Below, one piece after another: positions 23,177 to 37,019 of a stretch of DNA of 62,578 bases. Made by a program: the position numbers and the translations under genes. Source of the DNA: Octopus bimaculoides. Lineage: Eukaryota. Under the pieces are notes generated by a model. It was not told the origin of the DNA. It did not search any database and saw only the letters and a program-made list of their open reading frames with translations. Within the stretch, counting starts at the first letter, position 1. Every line of letters begins with the position of its first letter. Location: positions 87,602,424 to 87,665,001 of the forward strand of contig NC_068984.1 in NCBI RefSeq assembly GCF_001194135.2, read 5' to 3'.

Positions 23177-25849
23177 GGTGATATGAATCATGATTTGAGG
23201 TGTTAAGTGTGTCCACGTCAGAAGTCGTGCTAATGCGCATGTGTAATGCAAACATTTTTATAGCATGCCAATATCTGAAAAGTGGAAGTCTTGGTAAGTG
23301 ATTACGCCATTTTTGTTGTTGTAATTTATTAATTATAATACGAATACTGCAGTTACTGTATATTTTTAAATAAGAAAAATATTGTTTAAACCTTTTCTCA
23401 TGGCCCTTGTATTATGCAAAGTAATTCAGTGCTGATTTTCATTTTCCTGCGGCAAAGTGAACCAGGATGGATTTTCTCTTGCATTTTTTTTACCTTTGAG
23501 TTTTGCTTGGTTAAATTTATTTAGGGCACTTGCTTATCCATTTGTAAACTAAACACAATTTCTTATTGCGAGATAATAATTGTGTATGGCATAGCCTCGA
23601 CATTATAAAGTCCTTTGTCTAACGTTTATTTTGACGTTTCTGTGAATTTAAAGAAATATTTATAAACGTGATATTTCTTGAATAGCTTCATATTTATTTC
23701 TGATAATTTTTACCAAGATGTCGATCCTAAATTATCAAAAGTATCTTTCTCTGCCCTCTCTCTCTCTCCGTGTGTATATTTATATACATATATGTATATA
23801 TATACACTTTGTGTATATATGAGTTAAATTCAATGTTAGCCACCTTGTTTTGAGTGTTCTACAATTACAAAACTGAATGTGTGTGTGTGTGTGTGTGTGA
23901 GAGAGAGTGAGTTTCGTGTTTATTCACTATTTTATGTCAGATTTAATACACAGCATGTGGTTCCTTTAATTTTCATACTATTCTACATAGTGGTTGGCAG
24001 GTCGTCTGATTGAAATTTAAAAATGCTAGAAAAATACTTACTGTACAAGTCTTCTTAAGTGATACAGAACCTCGGAAACGATACGCTTTGCAAATGCACC
24101 AACTTATATGTTGTACGGTATTGAATAAAGTTTCCACGGACATGTACAGATCATATACGGACGTTTTGAATACTAAAGACTTCAGTTCCTTTTTTTTTTC
24201 ATGATAATAGGGGTAGGTGGGATAATACATCACATGGCTATGAGCCGCATCCGTAACAAGTAGTTATATGCTTTACTGCAACAGAAAGCTACATATATAT
24301 ATGATCACGCTCACACACACACACGCTAATAGTTACACAAAATAATTTACAGTATTCAATTTTTAACTCCAATATTTCTAAATTCAAATTCTTCTGGTTC
24401 ACTTCAGTTAGTACTGATTAATATTCTATACTATATAATTTCAAATAATTTCGAATAACAAAGTGTGAAGACATCATTGTTCAGTTGCTAGGTGAATGGC
24501 TGCAGTTTTGTGTTCCATAAATAATTTAGAATACATTTTTAAATGGGCAAAAAAGAGAAGGCGAAAATTGTTGATTGAAGGGCACTAAATTTCGAAAATT
24601 TGAAATATTTAGGAAAAAAGAATTACCATGATCTGTTATTAAATCTTAACACATCTGATTTGGATTAACGAAAAGCTATAACCTTGCGGAAAAAAAAAAA
24701 AAAAATGGAACACTCAGGTATTCATATTTTCTTCAGTTAACCCGCTGGTGTTTGGTTAAATATAATATGTAACTAGAAAACGGCCCATTCTACAAAGCTA
24801 CAAGGTGGTTATGGTTCACTGATGCAAAAATACGACAGGACTTTAAAAACTGTCGAGGTTCGTTGGTTTGCCGTGTTTAGTATACATGGATCTATATAGG
24901 TAAGTAGCAGTAGCTACTTCAACCTTACATATATGAAAAAATAACAGGTTTAGTCTTTCTCTTAATACCCTGCTAGCATTACAAAGAATACTTTTGTAAG
25001 TTTCAATATCTCATGTAAGGTATGCATTAGGTCTTGCGAATATATAAAAAAAATATAGAGATGTGTGTATATATATATGTGTGTGTGTGTATATAATTCG
25101 CCTATTTATTATCTAGTCAGTATGAATGCGCTAGCTCTCTTTAAATTGAGGAAAAAAGTAAAACAAAAAATAAGCTCAAGTAAATATATAAAACACGCCT
25201 TACCACAGAAACTGAATAGTCCATTTGACAAAATAATACTTATTCACGGCTTTCTAAAGTTGAGTAAAGACATTCACGCTTGTGCGCATATCTACAAATG
25301 CATAGAAAAATAATATATTTCTCTCCGGAAAAGCAACTTGTACACATACAACTAAGTATACACTAAAAATAAATCTCTTTCGAGTATCCATGAATACAAG
25401 ATAACAAGAAACAGGACTGCGAATGTTTTTTTTCTTTTTTGTTTGTTTTTTTTATAATCTCTGCCAATTTCGGAAGCTTGTAACGTCTGCTATTAGCTTC
25501 GGAAAAAAAGTTCGACGCTGATAATGTGTATTATATTTTTACTTCGCCAGCAGCGCTATCGTTTATTAATAGTAATTAACTGTAATATTATCGGTTTTAC
25601 ACTAATGGACGGCACCAAGGTAGGTGAGGTTGAGTTTCTCATCCAAACACTGAAGGTAATCTTGTCCTTGGAAATATGACTGAAAGGAAACACACACACA
25701 CGTATATATATATATATATATATATGTTTATATATATATATATATATATGTTTATATATATATATATATATATATATGCATATATGTGAGTGCATATGTG
25801 TGCATATATATGCGCATATATATACATATATATATATATGTGCATATAT

Positions 25850-26111
25850 ATCGGTCTCTTTTGCCAAACCGGGGACGTAAACAGACCAACATAGATTGAC
25901 AAGCGATGTGTGGGTGGGGGGTAACAGACACTCAAATATGTATATATATGACGAACTTCTTTCAGTTTCCGTCTACCAAATCCACTCACAAGGCTTTGGT
26001 CGGCCCAAGGATATAGTTGAAGACACTTGCCCAAGGTGCCACACAGTGGAACTGAACACGGGAGCATGTGGTTGTGAAGCTAGCTTCTTACCACACCACC
26101 ACTCCTGCGCC
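25850..26111 (-). mobile_element. SINE family A
   Basis: Complete head ending ...CACTCCTGCGCC and part of the second monomer. Confidence 0.85.
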
Positions 26112-26211
26112 TATATAATATGTATATATATGTATATATACATATATACATATAGACATACATATATGCATATTACATATATACATATAGACATACATAT
26201 ATGCATATTAC

Positions 26212-26291
<80 letters not shown>

Positions 26292-26867
26292 CTATATGTG
26301 GGAGGTGTTCACACACATATATATATAGTTTTTTTTTCTGTGTGCGTGAATAGGAATGCATATGTGCGTGTGTGTGTATTTTTTGTATACAATTATGTGC
26401 ACGTGTGCATGAATGTATATAAATGTATGCACACGCACACATATACGAGAAAAGATTGCCAGGGTCGTGGTCGTGGACATGGCGGATAAAATGGTATATT
26501 TTTATTTTTTTCGGCTCCTTACGTCCTGTGCTCAAATCCCACCGAGGATAGCTTTGTCTTTCATCCCTCCGCATCTATAAAATTAAGTACCAATCGAGGT
26601 GAGTGAGTGTCATTCTGTGCCAATATGCAATGGTTAACCTAGCACAGCAGAGCCGAAATCTGCACCCAACCGTGGTATTTCCGACAATAGAATAGAGAGC
26701 AGCGGTAAGTGTACACTATGATCATATCAAGTGTCTCACCATTTATTACTGACTACGTAACTCACTGCTCCACAATCATTCAATCACACATATCCTCTTT
26801 CTGTCTCTACCTCCCTTCTCTTTCTCTCACTGAAACGCTTTCCATTAGAAATTTATATCCCCAAAAG

Positions 26868-26899
<32 letters not shown>

Positions 26900-27246
26900 A
26901 CAGGCATACTTCAACTTACGTCGTTTTACAGACTTCACCACTCCGCCAACTTCCTTTTCTTTTTTGAGAAATAAGCCTCAACTTCAGTGGATTTATCCGA
27001 TTTTATGTCGGTCTCACCGAACATATTTAGAGAATAGCAGAAAATTAAAGCTGAAGTGGAAAATGAAATCAAATGCGTGTGAAAATAAATATAAAACGGA
27101 TGTTAGGTAACTAATTTTTAGAAGTGATTTTTTTTTTTCGTGTTACGTTGTTTCCTTTATGTCGCATGTGTTGTAACTAATTACATGTAAGTGTTATGTG
27201 TGTGTATGTATGTATGTGTGTGTATATAGAGATGTACACTTGTTTA

Positions 27247-27322
<76 letters not shown>

Positions 27323-27331
<9 letters not shown>

Positions 27332-27442
27332 GAGAAAAGGATACAGAGACCAATGGCAAAGTTAGAAATAGCTGTAAGACTTTATCCATAAAATATATTT
27401 CTAACTTTGCCATTGGTCTCTTTATCCTTTTCTCTCTTTATA
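27323..27442. repeat. Short fold-back (about 47-bp arms, 25-nt loop) beside a (TA)n tract
   Basis: AGAGAAAAGGATACAGAGACCAATGGCAAAGTTAGAAATA versus TATTTCTAACTTTGCCATTGGTCTCTTTATCCTTTTCTCT. Confidence 0.85.
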
Positions 27443-27581
27443 CATACACACGCTAATACATGACCTATGTTATATTCCCCACTCATGTTTATACAACGAC
27501 AGGGGAAAAACTAGCCGGTATACACCACTTACTCGGTATTACCTGTATCTCTGGGTTTGGTTGAATCCAATACCCTTCATA

Positions 27582-27620
<39 letters not shown>

Positions 27621-28109
27621 AATCACGCTATTGACCAGACTATTGGTTATTATTATACATCGCTGGTCACAATGCTCCTCGAATAGTTTTAGCTTTCGAA
27701 TGATGCCACATCGCTGGCCGGGCGGACAGGTCAACATTTCCCCTGATCGGAAGGCTATTCCGTTGTAGGCGTAACCATTTTCAGCTGAGTTGACTACAGC
27801 GATCGTGAGTGCAACACGTTTACCACTAGGCTATACGTCTTCACCACCACCCACACTGCGCGCGTGTGTATTTACAAATACATACTTTTACGTGCGAGCG
27901 CATGCATGCGTGCGTGTGTGAACACCTGTCAGTTTCAGTGTAGTGTAGTCAGTTGTATCAATGAAACTTTTTAAATGGACGTGTACTTAGCAAAATATTT
28001 CACGAAGACTAATAGCATTAAAGTAATTTTTACGCCGCACGAACTGGATGCAGGCCATTCGAAAAGATTCCAAACAACTTTGCCTGTTTCTCGCTATCTC
28101 TCGTATATC

Positions 28110-28796
28110 TTTTACTTGTTTCAGTCATTAAACTGCGACAGGCTGGAGCAGTGCCTTCAAGGAATTTTGGTCGAACGAATCGAACACAGTATTTTTTGTT
28201 TTAGCCGGATATTTATTCTGTCGGTATCCTTTTGCCGAACCGCTAGGTAAAGGGGCCGTAAACATACATACGTGTGCGCGTGTGTGTAACGAGCTTCTTT
28301 GTTTCACCTAAATCCACTCATAAAGATTTGGTCGACCCGAGGCTACAGTTGATATTTGTTCAAGGTGCCACGCAGTGAAACTGAACCCGGAACCACATGG
28401 TTGGGAAGCAATATTATATATATATATATTCTTTTTGTTGCCGTCATTTGACTGCGGCCATGCTGGAGCACCGCCTTTCGTCGAGGAAATCGTCCCAAGT
28501 ACTTATTCTTTGTAAGCCCAGTACTTATTCTATTGTCTCTTTTGCCGAACCGCTATGTTTCAGAGAAGTAAACACACCAACATAGGCTATCAAGCGATGG
28601 TGGGGGACACACACACACACACACATATATATACGACGGGCTTCTTTCAGTTTCCGTCTACCAAGTTCACACACAAGGCTTTGGTCGGCCCGAGGCTATA
28701 GTAGAAGACACTTGCCCAAGGTGCTACGCGGTGGGATTGAACCCAGAAGCAAGTGGTTGGTAAGCAAGCTACTTACTACCCAGCCACTCCTGCGCC
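28110..28796 (-). mobile_element. Two tandem SINE family A copies (about 28110-28405 and 28425-28796)
   Basis: Two successive tail-microsatellite-head units; the second ends CAGCCACTCCTGCGCC. Confidence 0.85.
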
Positions 28797-29346
28797 TATG
28801 TATTTTTTCAAACACACATACACTCACGTGTGTGTGTGTGTGCTTCCTTGCTTGCTTGCATGCATACATGAGTGCATATTATGCAAAATAGAAACTGATG
28901 ATCAAGTTCCGTTTGGAGCGATTTGTTGAAACGAACGAGTTAAATATGCTGCTAAGCAGGGATTTTAAGGACCGTGTTCACGCAATATTTATAATAAATT
29001 TATCTCCTAAAAGTACTAAGACCTATTAATACATTTTAAAAATTAACAATTCCAATATTAACACATGTACGCATTCCTCTGTTGGTATACGAGCGCGCGT
29101 GTTGTTGGTAGATTGTGTAGACAGTTAGACAAGATACTCGGTGGTAATCAGTTCACGTTTCTTTCCTGTACGAGTTGTAATTCCGTCTGCGTTGGTATTT
29201 GCCTTGAATCGATCCAGAGGCCGACATAAAGAAAATATTTCTCGGCATACCAACAATCAAGTGACAACACTAAAAATACATAAAAGAAAAATATACAAAT
29301 AAATTTAGTTTTGCATAACAAATGTATTAAGAAACGTTTCGCACTA

Positions 29347-29406
<60 letters not shown>

Positions 29407-29987
29407 GCAGACAGGTAGAAAAATACGCTCATATTGGTTGGCTGTACAGATAAATATATGCACGTCTGTTTGCATGGGTGTACGCATGTCTGTCTTTGTC
29501 AGTCTCTCCCCACCCTCTGTCTGTCACTGCTCAAAATTAATCGTTCGTGGTTATCAGCTGGAGAGAGAGTACTACAATAGAGCTTTGATTAAATACGCCN
29601 NNNNNNNNNNNNNNNNNNNNNNNNNNNNNNNNNNNNNNNNNNNNNNNNNNNNNNNNNNNNNNNNNNNNNNNNNNNNNNNNNNNNNNNNNNNNNNNNNNNN
29701 NNNNNNNNNNNNNNNNNNNNNNNNNNNNNNNNNNNNNNNNNNNNNNNNNNNNNNNNNNNNNNNNNNNNNNNNNNNNNNNNNNNNNNNNNNNNNNNNNNNN
29801 NNNNNNNNNNNNNNNNNNNNNNNNNNNNNNNNNNNNNNNNNNNNNNNNNNNNNNNNNNNNNNNNNNNNNNNNNNNNNNNNNNNNNNNNNNNNNNNNNNNN
29901 NNNNNNNNNNNNNNNNNNNNNNNNNNNNNNNNNNNNNNNNNNNNNNNNNNNNNNNNNNNNNNNNNNNNNNNNNNNNNNNNNNNNNNN

Positions 29988-30015
<28 letters not shown>

Positions 30016-30019
<4 letters not shown>

Positions 30020-30165
30020 GACGGGCTTCTTTCAGTTTCCGTCTACCAAATCCACTCAAGTCTTTAGTCGGCTCGAGGCTATAGTAGAAGACACTTGCCC
30101 AAGGTACCACGCAGTGGGACTGAACCCGGAACCATGTGGTTCGTAAGGCAGCTACTCACCACACA
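30016..30165 (-). mobile_element. SINE family A head
   Basis: CGACGGGCTTCTTTCAGTTTCCGTCTACCAAATCC...GGAACCATGTGG. Confidence 0.85.
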
Positions 30166-30642
30166 AAAATGCTAGTTCTAAAATCTCTCTAAGAGATCAA
30201 CGCAATAGATGTACTGAGAAGTAATATTCGTAGCCACTTTAACATTGCTATCCGTTCGAACGGACTCTACTGCAATTTTTTAAGCCCAAGAGGGCATTTC
30301 CTCTAGCTGGTTAATGATGCACGGCTACTTCCGATAAATTGCGAGCAGGGGAGCGAACTTCTACCACATTCTAACGACGGAACCAGTAGACTAGTTCTGG
30401 TTTCGGGCTATTTCTGCCACTCCTCAGTACTGGATACCTCGTCTGCTAGAGATGGTAGCAGCTCACTTCTGCTCGCAGTATACATATTTCAAGTGAACAC
30501 ACAGTTGCAGATTTTGCAACAAGCAAAAATCCTAGTTCTAAAATCTCCTTACGAAATCAACGCAGTAGTTGTACTGACAAGTAATAGTTGTAATGACTTT
30601 AACATGGCTGTCCGTTTGATCGGACTCTACTGCGATTCTTTA
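30166..30642. repeat. Diverged direct repeat, about 120 bp (about 30166-30285 and 30525-30642)
   Basis: AAAAAT(G/C)CTAGTTCTAAAATCTC...CAACGCA(A/G)TAG...GGACTCTACTGC occurs twice. Confidence 0.75.
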
Positions 30643-30978
30643 ATATATTATATATAGCATGTGTGTGTGTGTATATATATGTATATATATATATGTATAT
30701 ATATATACATATATATATATATATGTACGAGAGAGTGTGTGTATGTATGTATATATAATATAAAATGTTAGAAAAGGCCGGTTTATGAGATTACCTTTGG
30801 TTTCACGTCCATCATCAGATCCAAAGACCTGTTGGCTTAAGGCCTCTCAACCTCTTATAGTCTGTGTATTTATGTACATCACACACGCACAATATATATA
30901 CACACACGATGGGTTGCTTTTAGCTAGTCAACTAAATTTACTCAAAAGGCTTTGGTCATCCAGGGGTTTGACACTTAA

Positions 30979-31028
<50 letters not shown>

Positions 31029-31810
31029 TGTGAGAGAGAGGGAGATAGAGTTTGTGGTGTGCGTCAGTATTTGTATAAAATGTGTGTCTACACACCCCTA
31101 CATCACTTTGAGTCATGGTGGTCTTTTTGTTTCCGTGTCAGTCTGTTTCTTTCTATCTTTGTCTGCTCCCTCTCTTTCTCTCTCTAATAGGCCCTTGTCT
31201 TGTATTTCATTTATTTCAAATTAACTTCAATATCTTATGTTCCAGATCTAAAATTTCGATGAAATATTTTTACTAGTATTCGGAAATGACCTCAAATACT
31301 ATGGAGGGCGTCAGCTCTCGCTATTGTTTGTTTGTTTTTTTTTTCATGCAAGTAGGTCATTCAGAAAAGTGAATAAATCGTTCAAAAGTATATGAAAAAA
31401 AAAAGGAAACTGGTTTTTCGGTGCAAAATGAGAAAAAATGCATATTTTGCATTACACCTCATGAAATAGTTTTTTATATTGCACTTTCTATACTGAATTT
31501 AAATAGCAGGAAATGGATATGATAATCTTCTTTTAAATAAATAGACATTTAAAATATATTGACACGAAACAATGTAGTGAAAATAGATTACCCTTTTGAT
31601 ACTTAGAAGGGTTTTAGAAATAGTTTAAAATGTAAATCTTCAACACATTCTTTCAATTAGTATTTTTCTGAGAAAAAGTAGAAAATTTCTTGCACAACTT
31701 GAACTGAAAAATCTTAAATAATATCAAGGTAAATTCACCATTCCAATTAACATGCGCAAATTAAAATTTGCAATGATTATGGAAACTTCATGCTCAAAAA
31801 ATGACTTCAG

Positions 31811-31849
<39 letters not shown>

Positions 31850-31866
31850 GAGATGATCTAAGATAT

Positions 31867-32011
31867 ACATTGCACAAATATTTCTTTTAGATGATAACTC
31901 ACTATATAATTACATTGAATTTAGATAATTATGTACGAACATTGCACAGATATTTCTTTTAGATGATAACTCACTATTTAATTACATTGAATTTAAATAA
32001 TTATGTACGAA
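31867..32011. repeat. 72-bp tandem duplication
   Basis: Units start at 31867 and 31939 (ACATTGCAC(A)(A/G)ATATTTCTTTTAGATGATAACTCAC...TATGTACGA). Confidence 0.9.
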
Positions 32012-33194
32012 TATACAACACAACTCACTTGTTTCTAACTCCATGTATAATAATGGACGTAAAATTTGCTCCACGCATATCAAGAATGTTCATAACAAAC
32101 TAAATTTTAATTATTTTGTAAAATATACAATACCTTCTTATGTATACTCATACATTTTTTAAAGATTAAAAATATACAGAATTAAATTTATACATCATAA
32201 ATACGTATGTACACATATCTGTGTTCTCTCAGAAATATTACTTACCTCTTATCTCTCGTTGTACGTAAGTCAACTGAGATTTTTCCCTTATAACTTAGAA
32301 CAAATATATTTCCCATAGTGCTTATGGTCGGAAGTAAGAACTTTACGCCTATTTTAAAAAAATTCACTTTTTACCTATAGTTTTCGATTTGTCAGCTGTT
32401 TAAAATCAATTAAAAAAATTGTAATTTTCAACAAACTGATCAAAAATAAAGCAATAAGCAGAATAACTTGAAACGAATCTTTCCAAATTAATTTACTGAC
32501 GGAGGATTTGTGGCATGTATAGTTCTTATTGGATTTATACTGTAACTTTTGAACTATTCTGCAATCGTACTACCACAATTTTTCGATTCTTAAATTCATT
32601 TGCTGTTATCTTGTCTTTCCTGGTGTTTTCACACACCTCATTTGATATCAAACAATTAACCTATTTGTCTTCAATACCCTTGCTTATTTTTAAAGCAGAG
32701 CATTTTCTTGTTACACACATAGTAGTTAGATCTAGTTGATTGTCTCTGAGTGTGGTTAAATGAGTTTATAAACTTCATCCATTGTCGTATTTTCTGTTGA
32801 CTATGCGATATATTTATCAGCATTGAGTAAGGTTTGCTTGCACCAATAAATGCAAATACTTATTAATTTGCAGACGACCAACAGAATAGTAAGGGGAATA
32901 CTAGTACATAAACCCAACATAGATTTCAATACTATAAACTGTGTATTACCCAGAGCGGAGTTTTAAACCACATTTTAAGCAGTTTGGGTCTCACACTCTC
33001 AAGATGACCTGCTAAAAGATCTTGAATTGGCTTCACGTATGATATTTGAAGTAGTCATCTCTGTTGAGTCGAGACCTATTTGCCTGTTATATGTTCATAA
33101 AGTTTCGTTAGTCTATATAATGTGTGTTGGTATTCTTCCTATGAAGACCCAACTCAATAACAGATTACTACATGAACATTATTGTGGGAATAAA

Positions 33195-33415
33195 TACGGC
33201 AAGCTGGTAGAAACGTTTGGACGCCGAGCGAAATGCTTACCGGTATTTCGTCTGTCTTTACGTTTTGAGTTCAAATTTCGCCGAGGTCGACTTTGCCTTT
33301 CATCCTTTGGGAAGGGTGCCAGTCGATTAGATCGACCCTAGTTGCGTACTGGGGTCGATCTAATCGACTGGCCCCCTCCCCAAAAATTTCGGGCCTTGTG
33401 CCTAGAGGAGAAAAA
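33195..33415 (+). mobile_element. SINE family B, near full length, CpGs intact
   Basis: CGGCAAGCTGGTAGAAACG...CGCCGAGGTCGACTTTGCCTTTCATCC...GGGCCTTGTGCCTAGAG. Confidence 0.9.
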
Positions 33416-34336
33416 GAATAAATCGTATATAAATAAGAGGTCTTCCGTCACTCCTACATGATCATAAGGGCCACAGAATACCTCGATTGGAACAACGATC
33501 CCTCTGTCCGATACCGCAACAATGGTAGCTTGTTTAAAATTAGACGAATATTATCCCACACCAAGACACTAGAGCAACCCATCCGCAAAATACTCTTTGT
33601 TAACGACGCTGTCTTTGTTGTCTATACAGGATCAGCACTGCAAGGTATAACTCCTGCTTCTCAGGTGCTATCGAGCTCTTCAGTCTGGAAGTCAGCTTAA
33701 AGAAAACAGAAGTTCTTCATCAACCCATGTCTCATGAAGGTTACGACATTTGCTGCATTTCCATTGGTGAGTCAGAGGTAAAGGCAGTTCATCAGTTCAA
33801 CTACCTGGTGTGCAGTGTGCATCATTTCATCAGATGCAATGATCGACAAAAATGTCAACAGACTGGCAAAACAATAGAGCATTTGGTAGATTGTACATAA
33901 ATATCTGAAACTGTAAACCCCTTAGGAAAAGCATAAAGATCAGCGTATATAGAAACTTTCGAGTGATCTCCTCCTGTACGGCTCCAGGCCATGAATTCCC
34001 TACCATCATTAACGAGGGCACTTTGAGCTTATCCTCCGGCGCTGCTTCCGCACTATCCTCAATATCAACTGGAGTAATTTCAATGCTGGTGACTCTGTTG
34101 CTGATAACTTCGTTACCTACACCGAAATCTTCAGTTAGATGGAGGTCACGAACAAGGTCATGCTGCTAAAATATCAGCCGCACAAGGTAGGACAAATTTT
34201 CTGTGCTGCATAATGAACTAGCCAGTAGTCACCATGTAACATGGACAACAAAGATACAAGGGCACTCTGAAGAAATCCTTTGGTGTCTGTCATATTTATC
34301 ATTACCGTTGGTTTGCCATTGATACAATATTTACCA

Positions 34337-36206
34337 GGCGGCGAGCTGGTCGAAACGTTAGCATGCCGGTCGAACTGCTTAGCAGTATAACGGCTCCGTG
34401 AAGTTAATACGTGGTGATTTTTGAATAGTTTTCTTTGTGCTGCTTTGCAGCGGTTTAGGTGTTTACGTGTGTAATTTGTTTGAGCTTTCTCTTCTTGTAA
34501 GAGAAGAGACAGCTGGTTGAAGAATGTCTGAAGACGGTTATAGTTGCTCAGAGGAGGAGTTGCTGGAGGCAGTTAAAACAATGGACCAGAAACTGATAAA
34601 AGAGAAGCGGAATTTTGCTGATGTAGCAAGGTGTAAGGAAACAGAAGTGGACATTAGGGAATTCGGAAGACACAAAGAAGAAATGAACCGAGATGGGTTT
34701 GAAGTGAAGCTGTCGCCCCCGCAACAGGTTAAAAACAGAATAAGGAAAAGACAATAATCTATCGAACCTTTTCGATAAATAAAGGAAGAATAGACGTCGT
34801 CACAACAGAACAAATAGAAAAGGCGTTAAAGCAGATTTGGGAAGACATAATATACCTGACTAGAGGTTCAACATTTGGAACAGTAGAAGTGAGGTTTTGT
34901 AATGAAGCAGCAGCAAGGAAACGTGCAGCGTCGACAATTCGGGCCAAAAAAAAAAGTGGTGCTGTTGCCCACGTATAGACACATGAGAGCAACAAGGGTC
35001 ACGGTTGAAGGAATCCCACCGGAGATTGATGTGACCTGGGTGGCAGATGCTGTCCTCTTTGGTAATGAGGACAACATAGTAGTGCTCCAGGCCAAGAAAA
35101 AAGTGTGCGTCAACTGGATGGGGTCAACAACTGGAGATGATAGTCCAAGGTTCAAAAGAAACGATGGAAAAGATTACGGAAATCATAATTATGGAAGAAA
35201 CAATTATGACTGTCAGGGTGGAAGGAAGAGTTCCAAATTGCTTTAAATGTGGCCTGAAGAGACACATAAGAGCAGAATGTACATCAAAGCCAAGGAAAAA
35301 GCGACCAAAAAATACGGAAGAGAAGATAGAAGAGAGCTGCAGAAAGGAAGTAACCGAAAAAGAAAAGGAAGTAGCGGAAATAGGAAAAAATAAATGGCAA
35401 AATGTAACAGGAAAAAAATGAAAAAAGGCAAGTGAGCTAAACTGTAAACCACATTCCACACCCATTCCACCCACACCCTCCCAGACCCACCCACTCCCTG
35501 CAGACACTAGGCCTAACCATTCCCATCCGACACAAAAACAAGAGGCAAACACATACAAAGAAACCCAAAACCCCTCCCCCAAATAAAAAAAGAGAAGGAA
35601 AAATGTAGGATTTATATGTTGCTTAGCGACGAACTGTTAAGGGATACGGCAGAATGGGACATAAAGTGTATTGGAACTGCGGGGTATGATAATGTGGAGG
35701 AACATCACTTGTGTGTAATACCAAATAAGAAGCAAGAGGGAAAAATACAAGAGTTTATGGTTGGATTTTATTTTTAGGAGGTGGACTGCAGCTGGAGCTC
35801 ATTCCCAGGATTTACTACGAACGATGGGTGGTTGGAGGAAACAGGTATCGATGTGTTAGAAGGTTCAGGATTTAAATAAAGTAGAAAATGAGGCCACTCG
35901 TAAGTGGGGCGAGTGGTTCCATTTCCATTTTATCATTTTCATGTCTTCATACGTTATAACATTCATTTCCATTTTTATATGTTTTATGTCCCACATGTTT
36001 TGTTTGTCACCTATGTTAGCCCGCATGGGTAATAAAGAAACAGGTATTTCATGTCTTTTAAGTTCTGAGTTCAAATTCCATCGAGGTTGACTTTGCCTTT
36101 CATCCTTTTGGAGTCGATAAATTAAGTACCAGTTGCGTACTGGTTGATCTAATCGACTGGCTCCCTTCCCCAAAAATTTCGGGCCTTGTGCCTAGAGTAA
36201 AAAAGG
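34337..36206 (+). mobile_element. SINE family B split into 34337-34388 and about 36041-36206, flanked by a 12-bp TSD
   Basis: ATATTTACCAGG occurs at 34327-34338 and 36207-36218. The two halves reconstitute the consensus seen at 33195. Confidence 0.85.
34390..36040 (+). mobile_element. L1/Tx1-like element carrying only a decayed ORF1 and a 3' UTR
   Basis: ORF1 from ATG 34524 has an RRM-like segment (GTVEVRFCNEAAA, TRVTVEGIPPEI) and a CCHC knuckle CFKCGLKRHIRAEC, then a Pro-rich linker. It ends GCCCGCATGGGTAATAAAGAAA. No EN or RT motifs were seen. Confidence 0.7.
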
Positions 36207-37019
36207 ATATTTACCAGGCTGCTTCCTTAGAGATCATATGCAAAGGTTATATCGAAGACAAAGCATAATAATGGAAAATTGTGACACACTAGCACCTAAC
36301 CTAGCACAGAATTTCTCTTGTAGCTACTGCAGCCACATCTGACAGCTCGTATTAAAATCTTCAACCAATAGCTAGCAAACGTATAGCCGGCGTAGATGGC
36401 CCACGTCATGGATTTTCCTTGCTAATCTAAGATTATGATCGAAAAATTAGCGGTAAAGGTTTAATTTCGTAAGATTTTCAACTGGAGTCAATATTTCCTG
36501 ATTTTTAATTAGTACATTCAGCTTGAGATTTTCCTCTTCCTGTGTAATGTCTTCCACAAATGGCAATCACACATGTATGTATACATGACTACTTGTTAAG
36601 ACGGTTTCAATATTGCTTAAAAACATGTTTAAAAAGAAAGTGGGCAAAGTTCGGTACACACTGAACTATATACTTCTGAATCTGAAGTGAATATGACAAT
36701 TATCTCATTATCCAAATCATGAGAAAAATTATATGTAAAACATTATACGAAAATTCCATTACAGAACAAAACTATGGAAAGATAGTTTCACATGCCTCAT
36801 CAATACATTGTTAGTACTTCGACAGTGGGATTTAGATTTTTGCTGAACACTTCTAATTTTATTTTGTTCAAGAAATATTATGAAAAAATATTATGATATA
36901 TGCATAAATTGTTTATATTCATATAGAATTCGTTGTCATGAAAACTGACTTGAACACTTAATATTCATGTGACAGGCTTGGAATCTAGTATTTCAAATGC
37001 TAACTTACACATATTGATT

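Larger units (their letters stand above)
33455..36380 (+). mobile_element. RTE-BovB-like LINE 3' half (33455-34338 and 36219-36380), split by nested insertions
   Basis: VRYRNNGSLFKIRRILSHTKTLEQPIRKILFVNDA and SLEVSLKKTEVLHQP resemble the BovB RT (YRTDG.LFNLRRL...LLFADD). After the SINE, IYQAAS...FSCSYC resembles the C-terminal Zn motif. Confidence 0.75.

Noticed and set aside
23380-23640. Faint RRM-like stretch on the minus strand (ASALNKFNQAKLKGKKMQ)
   Set aside because: Too short and interrupted by stops to support a pseudogene call.
24738-24899. Exon-like segment with a TTTTCTTCAG acceptor and an AG|GTAAGT donor
   Set aside because: Stops in all three frames and no partner exon; it could only be a non-coding exon, which sequence alone cannot support.
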